In this document: in pieces, positions 38,822 to 47,712 of the stretch
How positions within the stretch are numbered: position 1 is the stretch's first letter
How the letters are laid out: every line of letters begins with the position of its first letter
NCBI GenBank assembly: GCA_026395595.1
Contig: JAPLYL010000003.1
Location: forward strand, 12,136-76,135
Reading direction: 5' to 3'
Source of the DNA: Candidatus Parcubacteria bacterium
GTDB lineage: Bacteria; Patescibacteriota; Minisyncoccia; Phycocordibacterales; CAIJYI01
Length of the DNA: 64,000 bases
Made by a program: the position numbers and the translations under genes
Notes under the pieces: model-generated
Database searches by the model: none
Told to the model about the DNA's origin: nothing
Seen by the model: only the letters and a program-made list of their open reading frames with translations

Positions 38822-39439
38822 ATGAAATTTATACTCGGAGAAAAACTTGCGATGACGCAGATCTTCACAGAAGACGGCGTGGTCCATCCGGTTACCGCTG
38901 TTCAGTCAGGACAGATGACCGTTGTTCAAGTAAAGAACAAGAAAAAGGACGGTTACGACGCTATTCAGTATGGATATGGCGTTCGCAACGAAAAGAATAT
39001 CAATAAAGCGCAGATCGGCCATGCTAAAACGCTTGGCAATTTCCGATATTACCGCGAAGAACGTTTGCCGAACGAGGCGACTGTCAACCCGGGCGATACC
39101 GTTTCTTTGGATACCTTCAAAGTCGGTGATATCGTTGAGGTTTCGGCCATTTCCAAAGGTAAAGGTTTCCAAGGCGTTGTCAAAAGACATATGTTTGAAG
39201 GAGGCCGCCGAACTCACGGACAAAAACACTCAGAACGCGAAGCCGGTTCTATCGGCGGAGGTTCAAACGGCGGAGGAAGAGTCGCGAAAGGAAAAAGAAT
39301 GCCGGGAAGAATGGGTTCTGATCGCGTAACGGTTAAAAATTTGAAAATAGTAGCGATTGACCCGAGCACGAATCAGATATTCGTGTCCGGTGCAACACCT
39401 GGTCGAAGAGGAACTCTTATCGAAATTAAAGGTCTATAA
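38822..39439 (+). CDS. rplC: 50S ribosomal protein L3
   Basis: LGEKLAMTQIF, SKGKGFQGVVKR, GKRMPGRMG. Confidence 0.98.
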   Translation: MKFILGEKLAMTQIFTEDGVVHPVTAVQSGQMTVVQVKNKKKDGYDAIQYGYGVRNEKNINKAQIGHAKTLGNFRYYREERLPNEATVNPGDTVSLDTFKVGDIVEVSAISKGKGFQGVVKRHMFEGGRRTHGQKHSEREAGSIGGGSNGGGRVAKGKRMPGRMGSDRVTVKNLKIVAIDPSTNQIFVSGATPGRRGTLIEIKGL

Positions 39440-39443
39440 TTCC

Positions 39444-40106
39444 ATGGAAGCTAAAATATACAATCAAACAGGGAAGAGCGTAGGCACCATCGCTTTGCCG
39501 GAAGAAGTTTTCGGAGCGCAATGGAACGGCGACTTGGTACATCAGGTATTGATGTCTGAAGGCGGAAATGCTCGCGCCACCGTTGCTCATGCTAAAGGAC
39601 GCGGAGAAGTCCGCGGAGGAGGAAGAAAGCCATGGAAACAAAAAGGCACAGGACGCGCCCGACATGGTTCTACTCGCTCACCAATCTGGATTGGAGGAGG
39701 AGTCACCCATGGCCCGCTCACTGAAAAGGATTACACCCGAAAAATCAATCGAAAAATGAAAGCGGCCGCTTTATACGCGATCCTTTCAGAAAAATTGAAA
39801 AGCGGAGAAATCATCTTCTTGGATGAAATAAAAGCGAAGGATATCAAAACGAAAGAAGCGAAAACCATCATCACTTCCATCGCCAATATCCCGGGATGCG
39901 CCGATATTGCCACCAAAAGAAAAAATGCCGCCTTTATCGCGCTCGGAAAGAAAGACAAAGAGGCAGAGCGAATTTTTGGAAACATTAAAAGCGTTGTTAT
40001 TGGAGAATGGCGAAACATTACGCCTTCCGACCTTTTGAAATACAAATATATCGTTGTATCTCATCCGGAAGAAAGCGTGAAATTTGTCGCTTCAAAAATG
40101 AAATAA
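39444..40106 (+). CDS. rplD: 50S ribosomal protein L4
   Basis: RGGGRKPWKQKGTGRARHGS. Confidence 0.98.
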   Translation: MEAKIYNQTGKSVGTIALPEEVFGAQWNGDLVHQVLMSEGGNARATVAHAKGRGEVRGGGRKPWKQKGTGRARHGSTRSPIWIGGGVTHGPLTEKDYTRKINRKMKAAALYAILSEKLKSGEIIFLDEIKAKDIKTKEAKTIITSIANIPGCADIATKRKNAAFIALGKKDKEAERIFGNIKSVVIGEWRNITPSDLLKYKYIVVSHPEESVKFVASKMK

Positions 40107-40107
40107 C

Positions 40108-40407
40108 ATGACTGAAAACACTTTTAAAAACAAAACCGCCTCGGCCGTCTTGAAACGACCTCGCGTTACCGAAAAAGCGGCTATTCTCGTAGAGAACAAT
40201 GCCTATACGTTTGAGGTTGCCAGCGATGCGACAAAATCGGAAGTAAAAGCGGCCATCAAAGCGATGTACAAAGTCACTCCGATTCAGATCAACATGACGC
40301 AAGGCACCAAAAAGAATATCGTTCGCCGTGGTCGGGCGGGGGTAAAAACAACCAGCAAAAAAGCGGTTGTTCACCTTAAAAAAGGTGATAAAATAGAATT
40401 CATCTAA
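40108..40407 (+). CDS. rplW: 50S ribosomal protein L23
   Basis: RPRVTEKA, KKAVVHL. Confidence 0.96.
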   Translation: MTENTFKNKTASAVLKRPRVTEKAAILVENNAYTFEVASDATKSEVKAAIKAMYKVTPIQINMTQGTKKNIVRRGRAGVKTTSKKAVVHLKKGDKIEFI

Positions 40408-40487
40408 CTCTAGAAAAAAGGAAAAAGCAAAAAGAAAAAAGGGACGACACGCGGTATCTTTTTCTTTCAATTTTTCTTCAAAATTTT

Positions 40488-41330
40488 ATGAAAACACATA
40501 GACCTACAACCCCTTCAATGCGACACACAACGGTGGTTTCTTACCGCAACGTGTTGACCGCGACAAAACCCCACAAGGCTTTGACTTTTGGGCGTAAACG
40601 CGATGTTGGACGGAATGCCGACGGACGCATCACTACGCGTCATCAGGGAGGCGGACACAAACGCTTGTACCGCGAAATTGACTTTAAATATGCCAAAAAA
40701 GATATTCCGGCGAAGATTGAATCTATTGAATATGACCCGAACCGCACCGGTTTTATTTCCCTCGTCTGCTATAAAGACGGAGAAAGACGCTATATCTTAA
40801 CCCCAAAAACCATGAAGGTGGGCGACATGGTTATTATCTCAGAAAATGCAGAGATTAAACCGGGAAATCGTCTTCCGATGAAAAACATTCCTCAGAGTAC
40901 TTTTGTGTACAATGTGGAAGTAAAACCCGATGGAGGAGCTAAATTGGTTCGTTCCGGAGGAAGCTATGCTGAAATTGTGGCGAAGGATGCTCCGTATGTT
41001 CACTTGAAAATGCCGTCAGGAGAAATTCGCAAAATTCACGAAACCTCATGGGCTTCTGTCGGCGTTGTTTCCAACGATGAACACAAGCTTCGCAACGTCG
41101 GAAAAGCCGGCCGTTCCCGATGGCTCGGTATTCGTCCGACGGTCCGCGGTTCAGCGATGAATCCGGTTGACCACCCATACGGAGGAGGAGAAGGATCCCA
41201 AGGAAGAGGCTTGAAACGAGCCAAAACCGCTTGGGGAAAACCGTCAGGAAAAGGCCAGAAAACCAGAACCCCGAAGAAATACTCCAACGTCTTCATCGTC
41301 TCCCGCAGAAAAACTCGAAAGAAGAAATAA
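40488..41330 (+). CDS. rplB: 50S ribosomal protein L2
   Basis: IEYDPNRT, RPTVRGSAMNPVDHPYGGGEG. Confidence 0.99.
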   Translation: MKTHRPTTPSMRHTTVVSYRNVLTATKPHKALTFGRKRDVGRNADGRITTRHQGGGHKRLYREIDFKYAKKDIPAKIESIEYDPNRTGFISLVCYKDGERRYILTPKTMKVGDMVIISENAEIKPGNRLPMKNIPQSTFVYNVEVKPDGGAKLVRSGGSYAEIVAKDAPYVHLKMPSGEIRKIHETSWASVGVVSNDEHKLRNVGKAGRSRWLGIRPTVRGSAMNPVDHPYGGGEGSQGRGLKRAKTAWGKPSGKGQKTRTPKKYSNVFIVSRRKTRKKK

Positions 41331-41376
41331 AAAACTTTCAACAAAAAACCGCCGAAAGGCGGTTTTTGTATTGACA
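41218..41376 (+). repeat. rplB 3' end + terminator + TTGACA, copy 1 (native)
   Basis: Reference copy for the repeats at 42768 and 44057. Confidence 0.9.
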
Positions 41377-41438
41377 AATTGTACTGTATATGATATATAA
41401 AAACAGGATACATTTCTATTTACAATAGGAGAATTTAA

Positions 41439-41744
41439 ATGTGGTACGTTATTGGTGGAATTAGCTTGTTCATACTCGGAATATTATGCATAGTTATGCA
41501 AACAAGCGAGTGGATGAAGACGGGTGATAAAAGTATTTTAAATGGTCTTTTGGCACCCTATGCTATGATATTTTTTGGCTGGATACTTATGGAGGACGTT
41601 CTTGTCTCATCGGTTGATTTTGTTTTTTATCTCCATACTCAATGGTGGTATGTGTCTGCGTTAGTTAGTATGCCACTTGTGATAATAATATCATGTGCTG
41701 TTGCTGTAATTTGCATTAAAAGTCGCGAGGACTCAAAAAAATAA
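41439..41744 (+). CDS. Small 3-TM membrane protein
   Basis: Hydrophobic ORF, SD AGGAG, own terminator. Confidence 0.65.
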   Translation: MWYVIGGISLFILGILCIVMQTSEWMKTGDKSILNGLLAPYAMIFFGWILMEDVLVSSVDFVFYLHTQWWYVSALVSMPLVIIISCAVAVICIKSREDSKK

Positions 41745-41845
41745 AAAGTGATATTTCGCCGGACGCGGGTCTTTGCCCTCGTCCGTTTTTTTGTACGAAA
41801 ATTTTTGTCGCAAAGCGCCTGTTTTTTTGGTATAATAAATGTACC

Positions 41846-42142
41846 ATGATAATGGATTCTGCACGAACAATCGAAAAAATCCCGCAATATGTTGCGCCAT
41901 TTTTGTGGTCGTATGATATTGCAGCACTTGATTTTGAGCGGGATAAAAAGAGGATCGTGGTAAACGTCCTTAACTTCGGGACAAAAGAAGCTACCGATTG
42001 GCTGTTTTCCGTGTATCCAAAGGAGGAAATTCGCAAGATCGTCGCCGAGTCGCTGTATGGAGAATGGAATAAAAAATCCTTATATTATTGGCGGTTTGTG
42101 CTTGGAATTTCCACACAGCTTAAAACCTCGCGTTTTTCATAA
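41846..42142 (+). CDS. DUF6922-like antitoxin
   Basis: FLWSYD..LD..RDKKRIVVNVLNFGT; upstream of the AbiEii-like gene. Confidence 0.75.
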   Translation: MIMDSARTIEKIPQYVAPFLWSYDIAALDFERDKKRIVVNVLNFGTKEATDWLFSVYPKEEIRKIVAESLYGEWNKKSLYYWRFVLGISTQLKTSRFS

Positions 42143-42146
42143 TTCT

Positions 42147-42767
42147 ATGCACTACGAAATTTTAGACGAACAAAGAAGAAATATGTTGCCGCTTTTTCGT
42201 GAATTTAAAAATGACTTCTATATGGCGGGCGGTACGGCACTTGCGCTCCAGCTTGGACACCGTGACAGCATTGATTTTGATTTTTTTTCAGAAACGCCGA
42301 TAAATACGCAGAAATTGTTTGAAAAAATTCGCGAGGTTTTTCAAGGGCATATCATCGCAAAAACGCAAGAAGAGGCCAATACTCTTTCCGTGCTTATTGA
42401 TGAACGAATTAAATTAAGTTTTTTCTCATATTCGTACCCTTTGCTTGCGGAAACTATTGACGAAGAAAATTTTCGTTTGGCGAGTGTTAAAGATATCGCT
42501 TGCATGAAATTGTCGGCGATCACGGGTCGCGCCAGCAACAAAGACTATATTGATCTCTATTATATTCTCCAAACCATTCCGCTTTCGCATCTGCTTATTT
42601 TGGCGGAACAAAAATTTGATGCGTTGGATCAGAATCTTCTCTTAAAAAGTATTATCTATTTTGAAGATATCACGGTTGATCCGATCTTATTCAAAGAAGG
42701 CAAAGAAGTTTCGTTTGAAGTCGTAAAAACATTTTTAGAAAACGAAGTAAAGAAAATAACGAGATAA
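42147..42767 (+). CDS. AbiEii/AbiGii-family nucleotidyltransferase toxin
   Basis: YMAGGTALALQLGHRDSIDFDFF, MKLSAI..R...KDYIDLY. Confidence 0.9.
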   Translation: MHYEILDEQRRNMLPLFREFKNDFYMAGGTALALQLGHRDSIDFDFFSETPINTQKLFEKIREVFQGHIIAKTQEEANTLSVLIDERIKLSFFSYSYPLLAETIDEENFRLASVKDIACMKLSAITGRASNKDYIDLYYILQTIPLSHLLILAEQKFDALDQNLLLKSIIYFEDITVDPILFKEGKEVSFEVVKTFLENEVKKITR

Positions 42768-42932
42768 GAGCCAAAACCGCTTGGGGAAAACCGTCAGGAA
42801 AAGGCCAGAAGACCAGAACGCCGAAGAAATACTCCAACGTCTTCATCGTTTCCCGCAGAAAAACAAGAAAGAAAAAATAAAATACCAAACAAAAATCCGC
42901 CAAAAAAGGCGGTTTTTTGTATTGTATTGACA
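42768..42932 (+). repeat. rplB 3' end + terminator + TTGACA, copy 2
   Basis: 107/113 nt identical to rplB 41218-41330; all 6 changes synonymous. Confidence 0.95.
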
Positions 42933-43000
42933 AAATGGTATTATCGTGTATTATCAAAATAGGTTTATTTTAGTTGATTGATATTTTAGGAGAGAACAAA

Positions 43001-43186
43001 ATGAAGAAAAAACACTATACATGCGTTAGGTGTGGAGCACAAGATTACGAAACCGAATCCAATTTTTGCGATAAATGCAGAGTGCAAGCATTAGCGCCAA
43101 AATGGGAAAAAGATTATAGCGGCGGTTTTGCATTAACAGGAACACTTGCTCTTTATGCCTCTTTAGCTATAACTTTGTTTTTGTAA
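43001..43186 (+). CDS. Small zinc-ribbon + C-terminal TM protein
   Basis: CxxC..CxxC, hydrophobic tail, SD AGGAG. Confidence 0.6.
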   Translation: MKKKHYTCVRCGAQDYETESNFCDKCRVQALAPKWEKDYSGGFALTGTLALYASLAITLFL

Positions 43187-43291
43187 GTTTTTTTATTCCG
43201 GACGGGGTTTCTCACCTCGTTCGGTTTTTTGTATTTTTGAATCGAGTTCGGTTTGTTTTGGAAATTAACTGATATATGTTAAAATAACATC

Positions 43292-43645
43292 ATGAATGAG
43301 AAAACCCCGATAATCCTTTTTGGTTCTCAAGCACGCGGTGTTGCTCGGGTGGATTCTGATGTGGATATTGGCGTGCTTGGAGAACAAAACCTTACTCTTG
43401 ATGAAAAAATGGCGGTGTGTGAAAAAGTTGCGCGCGAGCTTAAGGTTTCGGAAGATAAGATTGATTTGGTAGAACTTCGTCATGCTTCGCCTCTGCTTCA
43501 GTACCATGCGGGAAGGGAAGGAAAATTGCTTTTTGGAGACCATCAAAAGTTTATTCGTTTTCAGGTGCTTTCATGGAAACTTTATTTGAGCACGGCGAAA
43601 TTTAGAAGAATGCGCGAATTATCACTGGCAAAAAAATATGCTTAA
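43292..43645 (+). CDS. MNT (MntA-like) minimal nucleotidyltransferase antitoxin
   Basis: LFGSQARG..DSDVDIGV, IDLVEL. Confidence 0.9.
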   Translation: MNEKTPIILFGSQARGVARVDSDVDIGVLGEQNLTLDEKMAVCEKVARELKVSEDKIDLVELRHASPLLQYHAGREGKLLFGDHQKFIRFQVLSWKLYLSTAKFRRMRELSLAKKYA

Positions 43646-44054
43646 CGAAATTTTAATCAAAAAGATAGAACAGATAGATATTCTTCTCCGCGAGCTTGAA
43701 GGATTTACTGCGCATACTTTTGAAGAATTTGAAAAAGATATCTCCGATATGAGAGCATCGGAACGGAATTTTCAGCTTATCGTCGATCTTGCTTCCGACG
43801 TGAATACCGAGCTTCTTTTGGAAAGCGGACATCGTGCACCGGATACGTACAAGCAGTCGTTTCTTTTTCTTGCCGATATTGGAATCGTTGAGAAAAAACT
43901 TGCGGAAGAACTTTCACAAAGTGCTCTGATTCGAAATATATTGGTTCATGAATATGACATAGACGAAGACAATGCGACATTTTATCGCGAAGCAAAAAGA
44001 TTTTTGCCGATTTTTCGGGAATACCTGAAAGCGGTTATCGGGTACAAGAAGTAA
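43638..44054 (+). CDS. HepT-like HEPN ribonuclease toxin (DUF86)
   Basis: ERNFQ, RNILVHEY (RX4HXY). Confidence 0.9.
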   Translation: MLNEILIKKIEQIDILLRELEGFTAHTFEEFEKDISDMRASERNFQLIVDLASDVNTELLLESGHRAPDTYKQSFLFLADIGIVEKKLAEELSQSALIRNILVHEYDIDEDNATFYREAKRFLPIFREYLKAVIGYKK

Positions 44055-44056
44055 AT

Positions 44057-44254
44057 AAACGAGACAAAATTGCAAAGGGAAAACCATCAGGAAAAGTTTA
44101 TCTCTCTTCTCTCTCTGAGAGACGCGGGACAAGGAAAGACCAGAACTCCGAAGAAATACTCAAACGTCTTCCTTGTCTCCCGCAGAAAAACAAGAAAGAA
44201 AAAATAAAATACCAAACAAAAATCCGCCAAAAAAGGCGGTTTTTTGTATTGACA
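44057..44254 (+). repeat. rplB 3' end + terminator + TTGACA, copy 3 (degenerate)
   Basis: AAACGAGACAAAATTGCAAAGGGAAAACCATCAGGAAAAG, ~35-nt insertion, then AGACCAGAACTCCGAAGAAATACTC...TAA; terminator identical to copy 2. Confidence 0.9.
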
Positions 44255-44283
44255 GAAAGTAAGGAAGTAATATAATAAGAAAT

Positions 44284-44538
44284 ATGGAAACAACCACAAC
44301 TCGCATTCAAAAAATTACGAGCAAGGGGCAAATCACGTTGCCCGCCTCTTGGCGCGCACGGACAAAAACGGATACCATCACCGTAAAGATAATCGGCGAC
44401 ACAGTGGAAATTTCACCTGCTCGTTTGCAAGATAAAGATGAATACACCGTTTTTGATGCCATTCGCGATAACAAAGGAAAAGGAATAAAGGCCTCTGATT
44501 TGATAAAAATACTCCGCAAAATCGATGAAGGAAATTGA
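44284..44538 (+). CDS. AbrB/MazE/SpoVT-family antitoxin
   Basis: KITSKGQITLPASWR. Confidence 0.85.
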   Translation: METTTTRIQKITSKGQITLPASWRARTKTDTITVKIIGDTVEISPARLQDKDEYTVFDAIRDNKGKGIKASDLIKILRKIDEGN

Positions 44539-44767
44539 AAAACTCCTTCGGAAAATATCAGCAAAAGAACGAGCAGGATTGCTTGCTTTTTTGGAACAAT
44601 TATCCGTCAAAAATGAACACGGAAATCTTGATGTAAAAAAACTGAAAGGAAGTGATCTTTTTCGTGCGCGAAAAGGAAATTTCCGTATAATTTTTCATTA
44701 CGAAGAAAAAGAAATCACTATCGATTCTATTCGGTTGCGAAATGATAATACTTATCACGATGTGTAA
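44525..44767 (+). CDS. RelE/ParE-family toxin
   Basis: VKKLKG..FRARKGNFRIIF..IRLRNDNTY; overlaps the antitoxin gene. Confidence 0.82.
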   Translation: MKEIEKLLRKISAKERAGLLAFLEQLSVKNEHGNLDVKKLKGSDLFRARKGNFRIIFHYEEKEITIDSIRLRNDNTYHDV

Positions 44768-44823
44768 AATGAAACAAAAAAAGTAAAAAATCCCCCGACT
44801 TGTCGGGGGATTTTTGTTTGTCG

Positions 44824-45003
44824 TTATTTCGGCAAAACATATTTTCCGGTAAATGGTCCGTAGAAAAAAGATTTTGCAAACACTACGGCAAATTGATTCC
44901 GTGTTAAATGGATAAGTTTGCTTGAGTTTTGTCTCAATTCGTCTCGAATAATGGATATTCCGATACCGCACCAGAAAAGTAGTGCAACTAATATATATAT
45001 CAT
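44824..45003 (-). CDS. Small membrane protein
   Basis: SD AAGGAG before ATG 45003; hydrophobic N-terminus. Confidence 0.45.
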   Translation of the reverse strand: MIYILVALLFWCGIGISIIRDELRQNSSKLIHLTRNQFAVVFAKSFFYGPFTGKYVLPK

Positions 45004-45133
45004 AAAGAACTCCTTTTGTTTGTCTCTTTGTTCCTTTGAGAATTTATCATAATTCTCAATTAAAAGCAAAAAAATGGCATGTTTACGAATAATCTCTTTT
45101 TTTGATTGATATATTAGGTTATACTATAACCAT

Positions 45134-46042
45134 ATGAAAGAAACAAAAACATTAAAAAAGGCAGGAGAACATATTCGAAAAGCGTTTGACTTTTACCAAC
45201 AGAAATATCGCGCTCTCCTTTTTGTTTCCTGTATTATTATTGTCCCATCTCTTCTCGTTTCTATTTTTTCTCAGAAAGAGGTAATGCTTTCTGTTGTGCA
45301 TACTTTCGGTTTTTTCTTCACTCTTTTTTGTGGAGTTGTTTTGGGAATTCTTTTCATTGTCATTTCTTCATGGGGACAGATTGCTCTTATGTACATGGTG
45401 AAAGATTCGGATGATAAACTCACACCATCTCATGCCTTCAATCTTGCGTGGCAAAAATTGATGTCTTATTGGTGGGTAATGTTTCTCATCGGTTTTTTGG
45501 TTTTTGGCGGAATAATGCTGTTTATTGTTCCCGGATTTCTTTTTGCGATATGGTTCAGTATGGCTTATTTTGTGTTAATTGCGGAAGGTGAAAAAGGAAT
45601 GAATGCGCTGTTGAAAAGCCGAGAGTATATAAAAGGGAGAGCCTGGTCAGTTTTTTGGAGATACCTCGTTTTATCTTTTTGCACGCTTCTTTTTGGTATT
45701 CCCGTGAGTATTCTTTTCTCTGGTATTCCCGAACCGTGGGGCGGGATCATTACACAAAACATCTTTTCTTTTTTTGTTGTCCCGTTCAACGTTATATACA
45801 TATTTCTGGTTTATCGCGATCTTGTGGAAACAAAAGGTGAGTTTTCTTTTGTTCCTAAACAAAAAACTAAAAGAATTTTTATTGCTCTCGGATGGCTTGG
45901 TATTCTGTTGCCGATAATTCTTATTATTTCTCTTTGGAAGTTTCTTCCTCCTGAAAAATTGAATACGCTTATTCCTCCAAAATTTGATATGACGCAAAAA
46001 AGCATTAACTCTCTTTCTTCTGCAATCATTCCCTTTATTTAA
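45134..46042 (+). CDS. Polytopic membrane protein (DUF975/GDPD membrane-domain-like)
   Basis: LFIVPGFLFAIWFS, ALLKSREYIKGRAW. Confidence 0.75.
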   Translation: MKETKTLKKAGEHIRKAFDFYQQKYRALLFVSCIIIVPSLLVSIFSQKEVMLSVVHTFGFFFTLFCGVVLGILFIVISSWGQIALMYMVKDSDDKLTPSHAFNLAWQKLMSYWWVMFLIGFLVFGGIMLFIVPGFLFAIWFSMAYFVLIAEGEKGMNALLKSREYIKGRAWSVFWRYLVLSFCTLLFGIPVSILFSGIPEPWGGIITQNIFSFFVVPFNVIYIFLVYRDLVETKGEFSFVPKQKTKRIFIALGWLGILLPIILIISLWKFLPPEKLNTLIPPKFDMTQKSINSLSSAIIPFI

Positions 46043-46161
46043 AAGGCATATTGCTTTTTATTGAAAATTGTTGTTAAATACATCCGGACACTTTTACATT
46101 AACCAGCCCGCCTTCGCTCTGAGTTTATCGAAGGGCTATGGCGGGCAAAGAAGGAGGTTCT

Positions 46162-47316
46162 ATGTCCGAACTTTTGAAAACACCGCTTTCCGATTGTCAT
46201 ATCACCAACGGCGCAAGAATGGCGGAATTCGCTGGCTATTCCATGCCGATCAATTATCAGACCGGAGCATTGAAAGAAATCAAAGCCGTTCGCGAGACTG
46301 CGGGACTTTTTGATATTTCCCATATGCGCCCGATTGTCGTGGAGGGTCTTTCTGCCCGAAGTTTTCTCAACTATATTGATACACGGGATCTTTCCCTCAT
46401 GAAACCAGGTGATGCCCTCTACGGGATAGTCTGTAACGATTTGGGAGAGCCAATAGATGATATCATTGTGTATCAAGACCCATTCTCTGAAAAAGAACGC
46501 GAGTCATTTCTTGTCATTTCAAATGCCAGCAATGGTGCACAAGTTCACCGGCATTTGTGTGGAGTGAAAAAAGCCTTTAACCTTCCCGACGAACACGTGA
46601 AAATTGAGGACGGTTTAGGTCAGTACGGCTTTCTTTCTTTGCAGGGGCCGAATGCGGAAGCTATTTTGGCGGAAGCAATTCATTGTCGCGATGCTATTCC
46701 GAAAAAGTACTATTCGTGTCAGTATGCGCTTCTCTTCGGATATTTGGCTCTCGTGGCAAAAACGGGATACACCGGCGAAGCGGGTTTTGAAATTCTGTGT
46801 GACAAACAAGTTACGCTGGAAATCTGGACGAAGTTACTGGAAGTCGGAGCACCTCATGGACTCATTCCTTGCGGTCTTGCTTCACGAGATACTTTGCGTC
46901 TGGAGGCTGGTATGCCACTCTTTGGACACGAAATGGACGCTGACCATGATCCGATAATGGCGGGCTTGGGTAAGTACGTTAATTTTGACAAACTCCGGTA
47001 TTTCCTCGGAAAAATTTCTTTGCAAAATGTTCTGAATGGAAAATCTTCAAAACCGCGCGAATATCTCCATGCCTTCATTATGGAAAAAGGACGCGTTCCA
47101 AGACATGGCGATAAACTTTTCTTGAAAGATGAAATGAATCTTAAAATAGGGAAGCTGACCAGTGCCGGTTTTTCTCCAACGTTGGAAAAAAACATTGCCA
47201 TGGGATACGTAGACCGCGAACTGGCTTTCGGTTCAGAGGTTCTTATTGAAATCGGCGGAAAGTTATATCCCGCCGTCGTTACAAAACTTCCGTTCTACAA
47301 AAGAACGAAGAAATAA
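46162..47316 (+). CDS. gcvT: Glycine cleavage aminomethyltransferase T
   Basis: GLFDISHM, KTGYTGEAGFE, RDTLRLEAG, VTKLPFY. Confidence 0.93.
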   Translation: MSELLKTPLSDCHITNGARMAEFAGYSMPINYQTGALKEIKAVRETAGLFDISHMRPIVVEGLSARSFLNYIDTRDLSLMKPGDALYGIVCNDLGEPIDDIIVYQDPFSEKERESFLVISNASNGAQVHRHLCGVKKAFNLPDEHVKIEDGLGQYGFLSLQGPNAEAILAEAIHCRDAIPKKYYSCQYALLFGYLALVAKTGYTGEAGFEILCDKQVTLEIWTKLLEVGAPHGLIPCGLASRDTLRLEAGMPLFGHEMDADHDPIMAGLGKYVNFDKLRYFLGKISLQNVLNGKSSKPREYLHAFIMEKGRVPRHGDKLFLKDEMNLKIGKLTSAGFSPTLEKNIAMGYVDRELAFGSEVLIEIGGKLYPAVVTKLPFYKRTKK

Positions 47317-47372
47317 AGAGTAAAACCCATCGCCCCGAGTAATCGGGGCGATTTTTCTAAACCCTGTCTATG

Positions 47373-47543
47373 TCGTATTGCAAGGTCTTTCCTTAAGGAG
47401 GAGTGTAGCGAAGCGGAACGACGGGGAAAGGTGAGGAATGGGTAAGGGACCCATTCTGCAAGACTTTTTGAGAAATTTTATGAGGTACGAATAAAATATC
47501 CAAAAAGTAACTGCTCCTGTAAGGAGAGACCTTGGGGCTATTT
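47373..47543. repeat. Palindromic repeat element, long form
   Basis: TCGTATTGCAAGGTCTTTCCTTAAGGAGGAG...AAGGAGAGACCTTGGGGCTATTT; ends shared with the copy at 55913. Confidence 0.8.
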
Positions 47544-47712
47544 TGCTTGGTTAGAACTTATTGACAATCTAAACAACGGTATGAGTAACATCGTGTCAAC
47601 GTTGATATGCTTTGCGTGTCTGGTATCATTGTCAATGGTTTTGATATTTGAAATAAACCCGCCTATGCCCTGAGTTTACCGAGGGGCTATGGCGGGCAGA
47701 GAAGGAGGTACT

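Noticed and set aside
41218-44254. rplB-tail repeats as assembly duplication
   Set aside because: The copies differ by patterned (synonymous) substitutions and an insertion, which a collapsed or duplicated contig would not produce.
46040-46160. Glycine riboswitch upstream of gcvT
   Set aside because: The leader is too short and lacks the GGAGA..CCGAAG aptamer core; the hairpin belongs to a dispersed repeat family.
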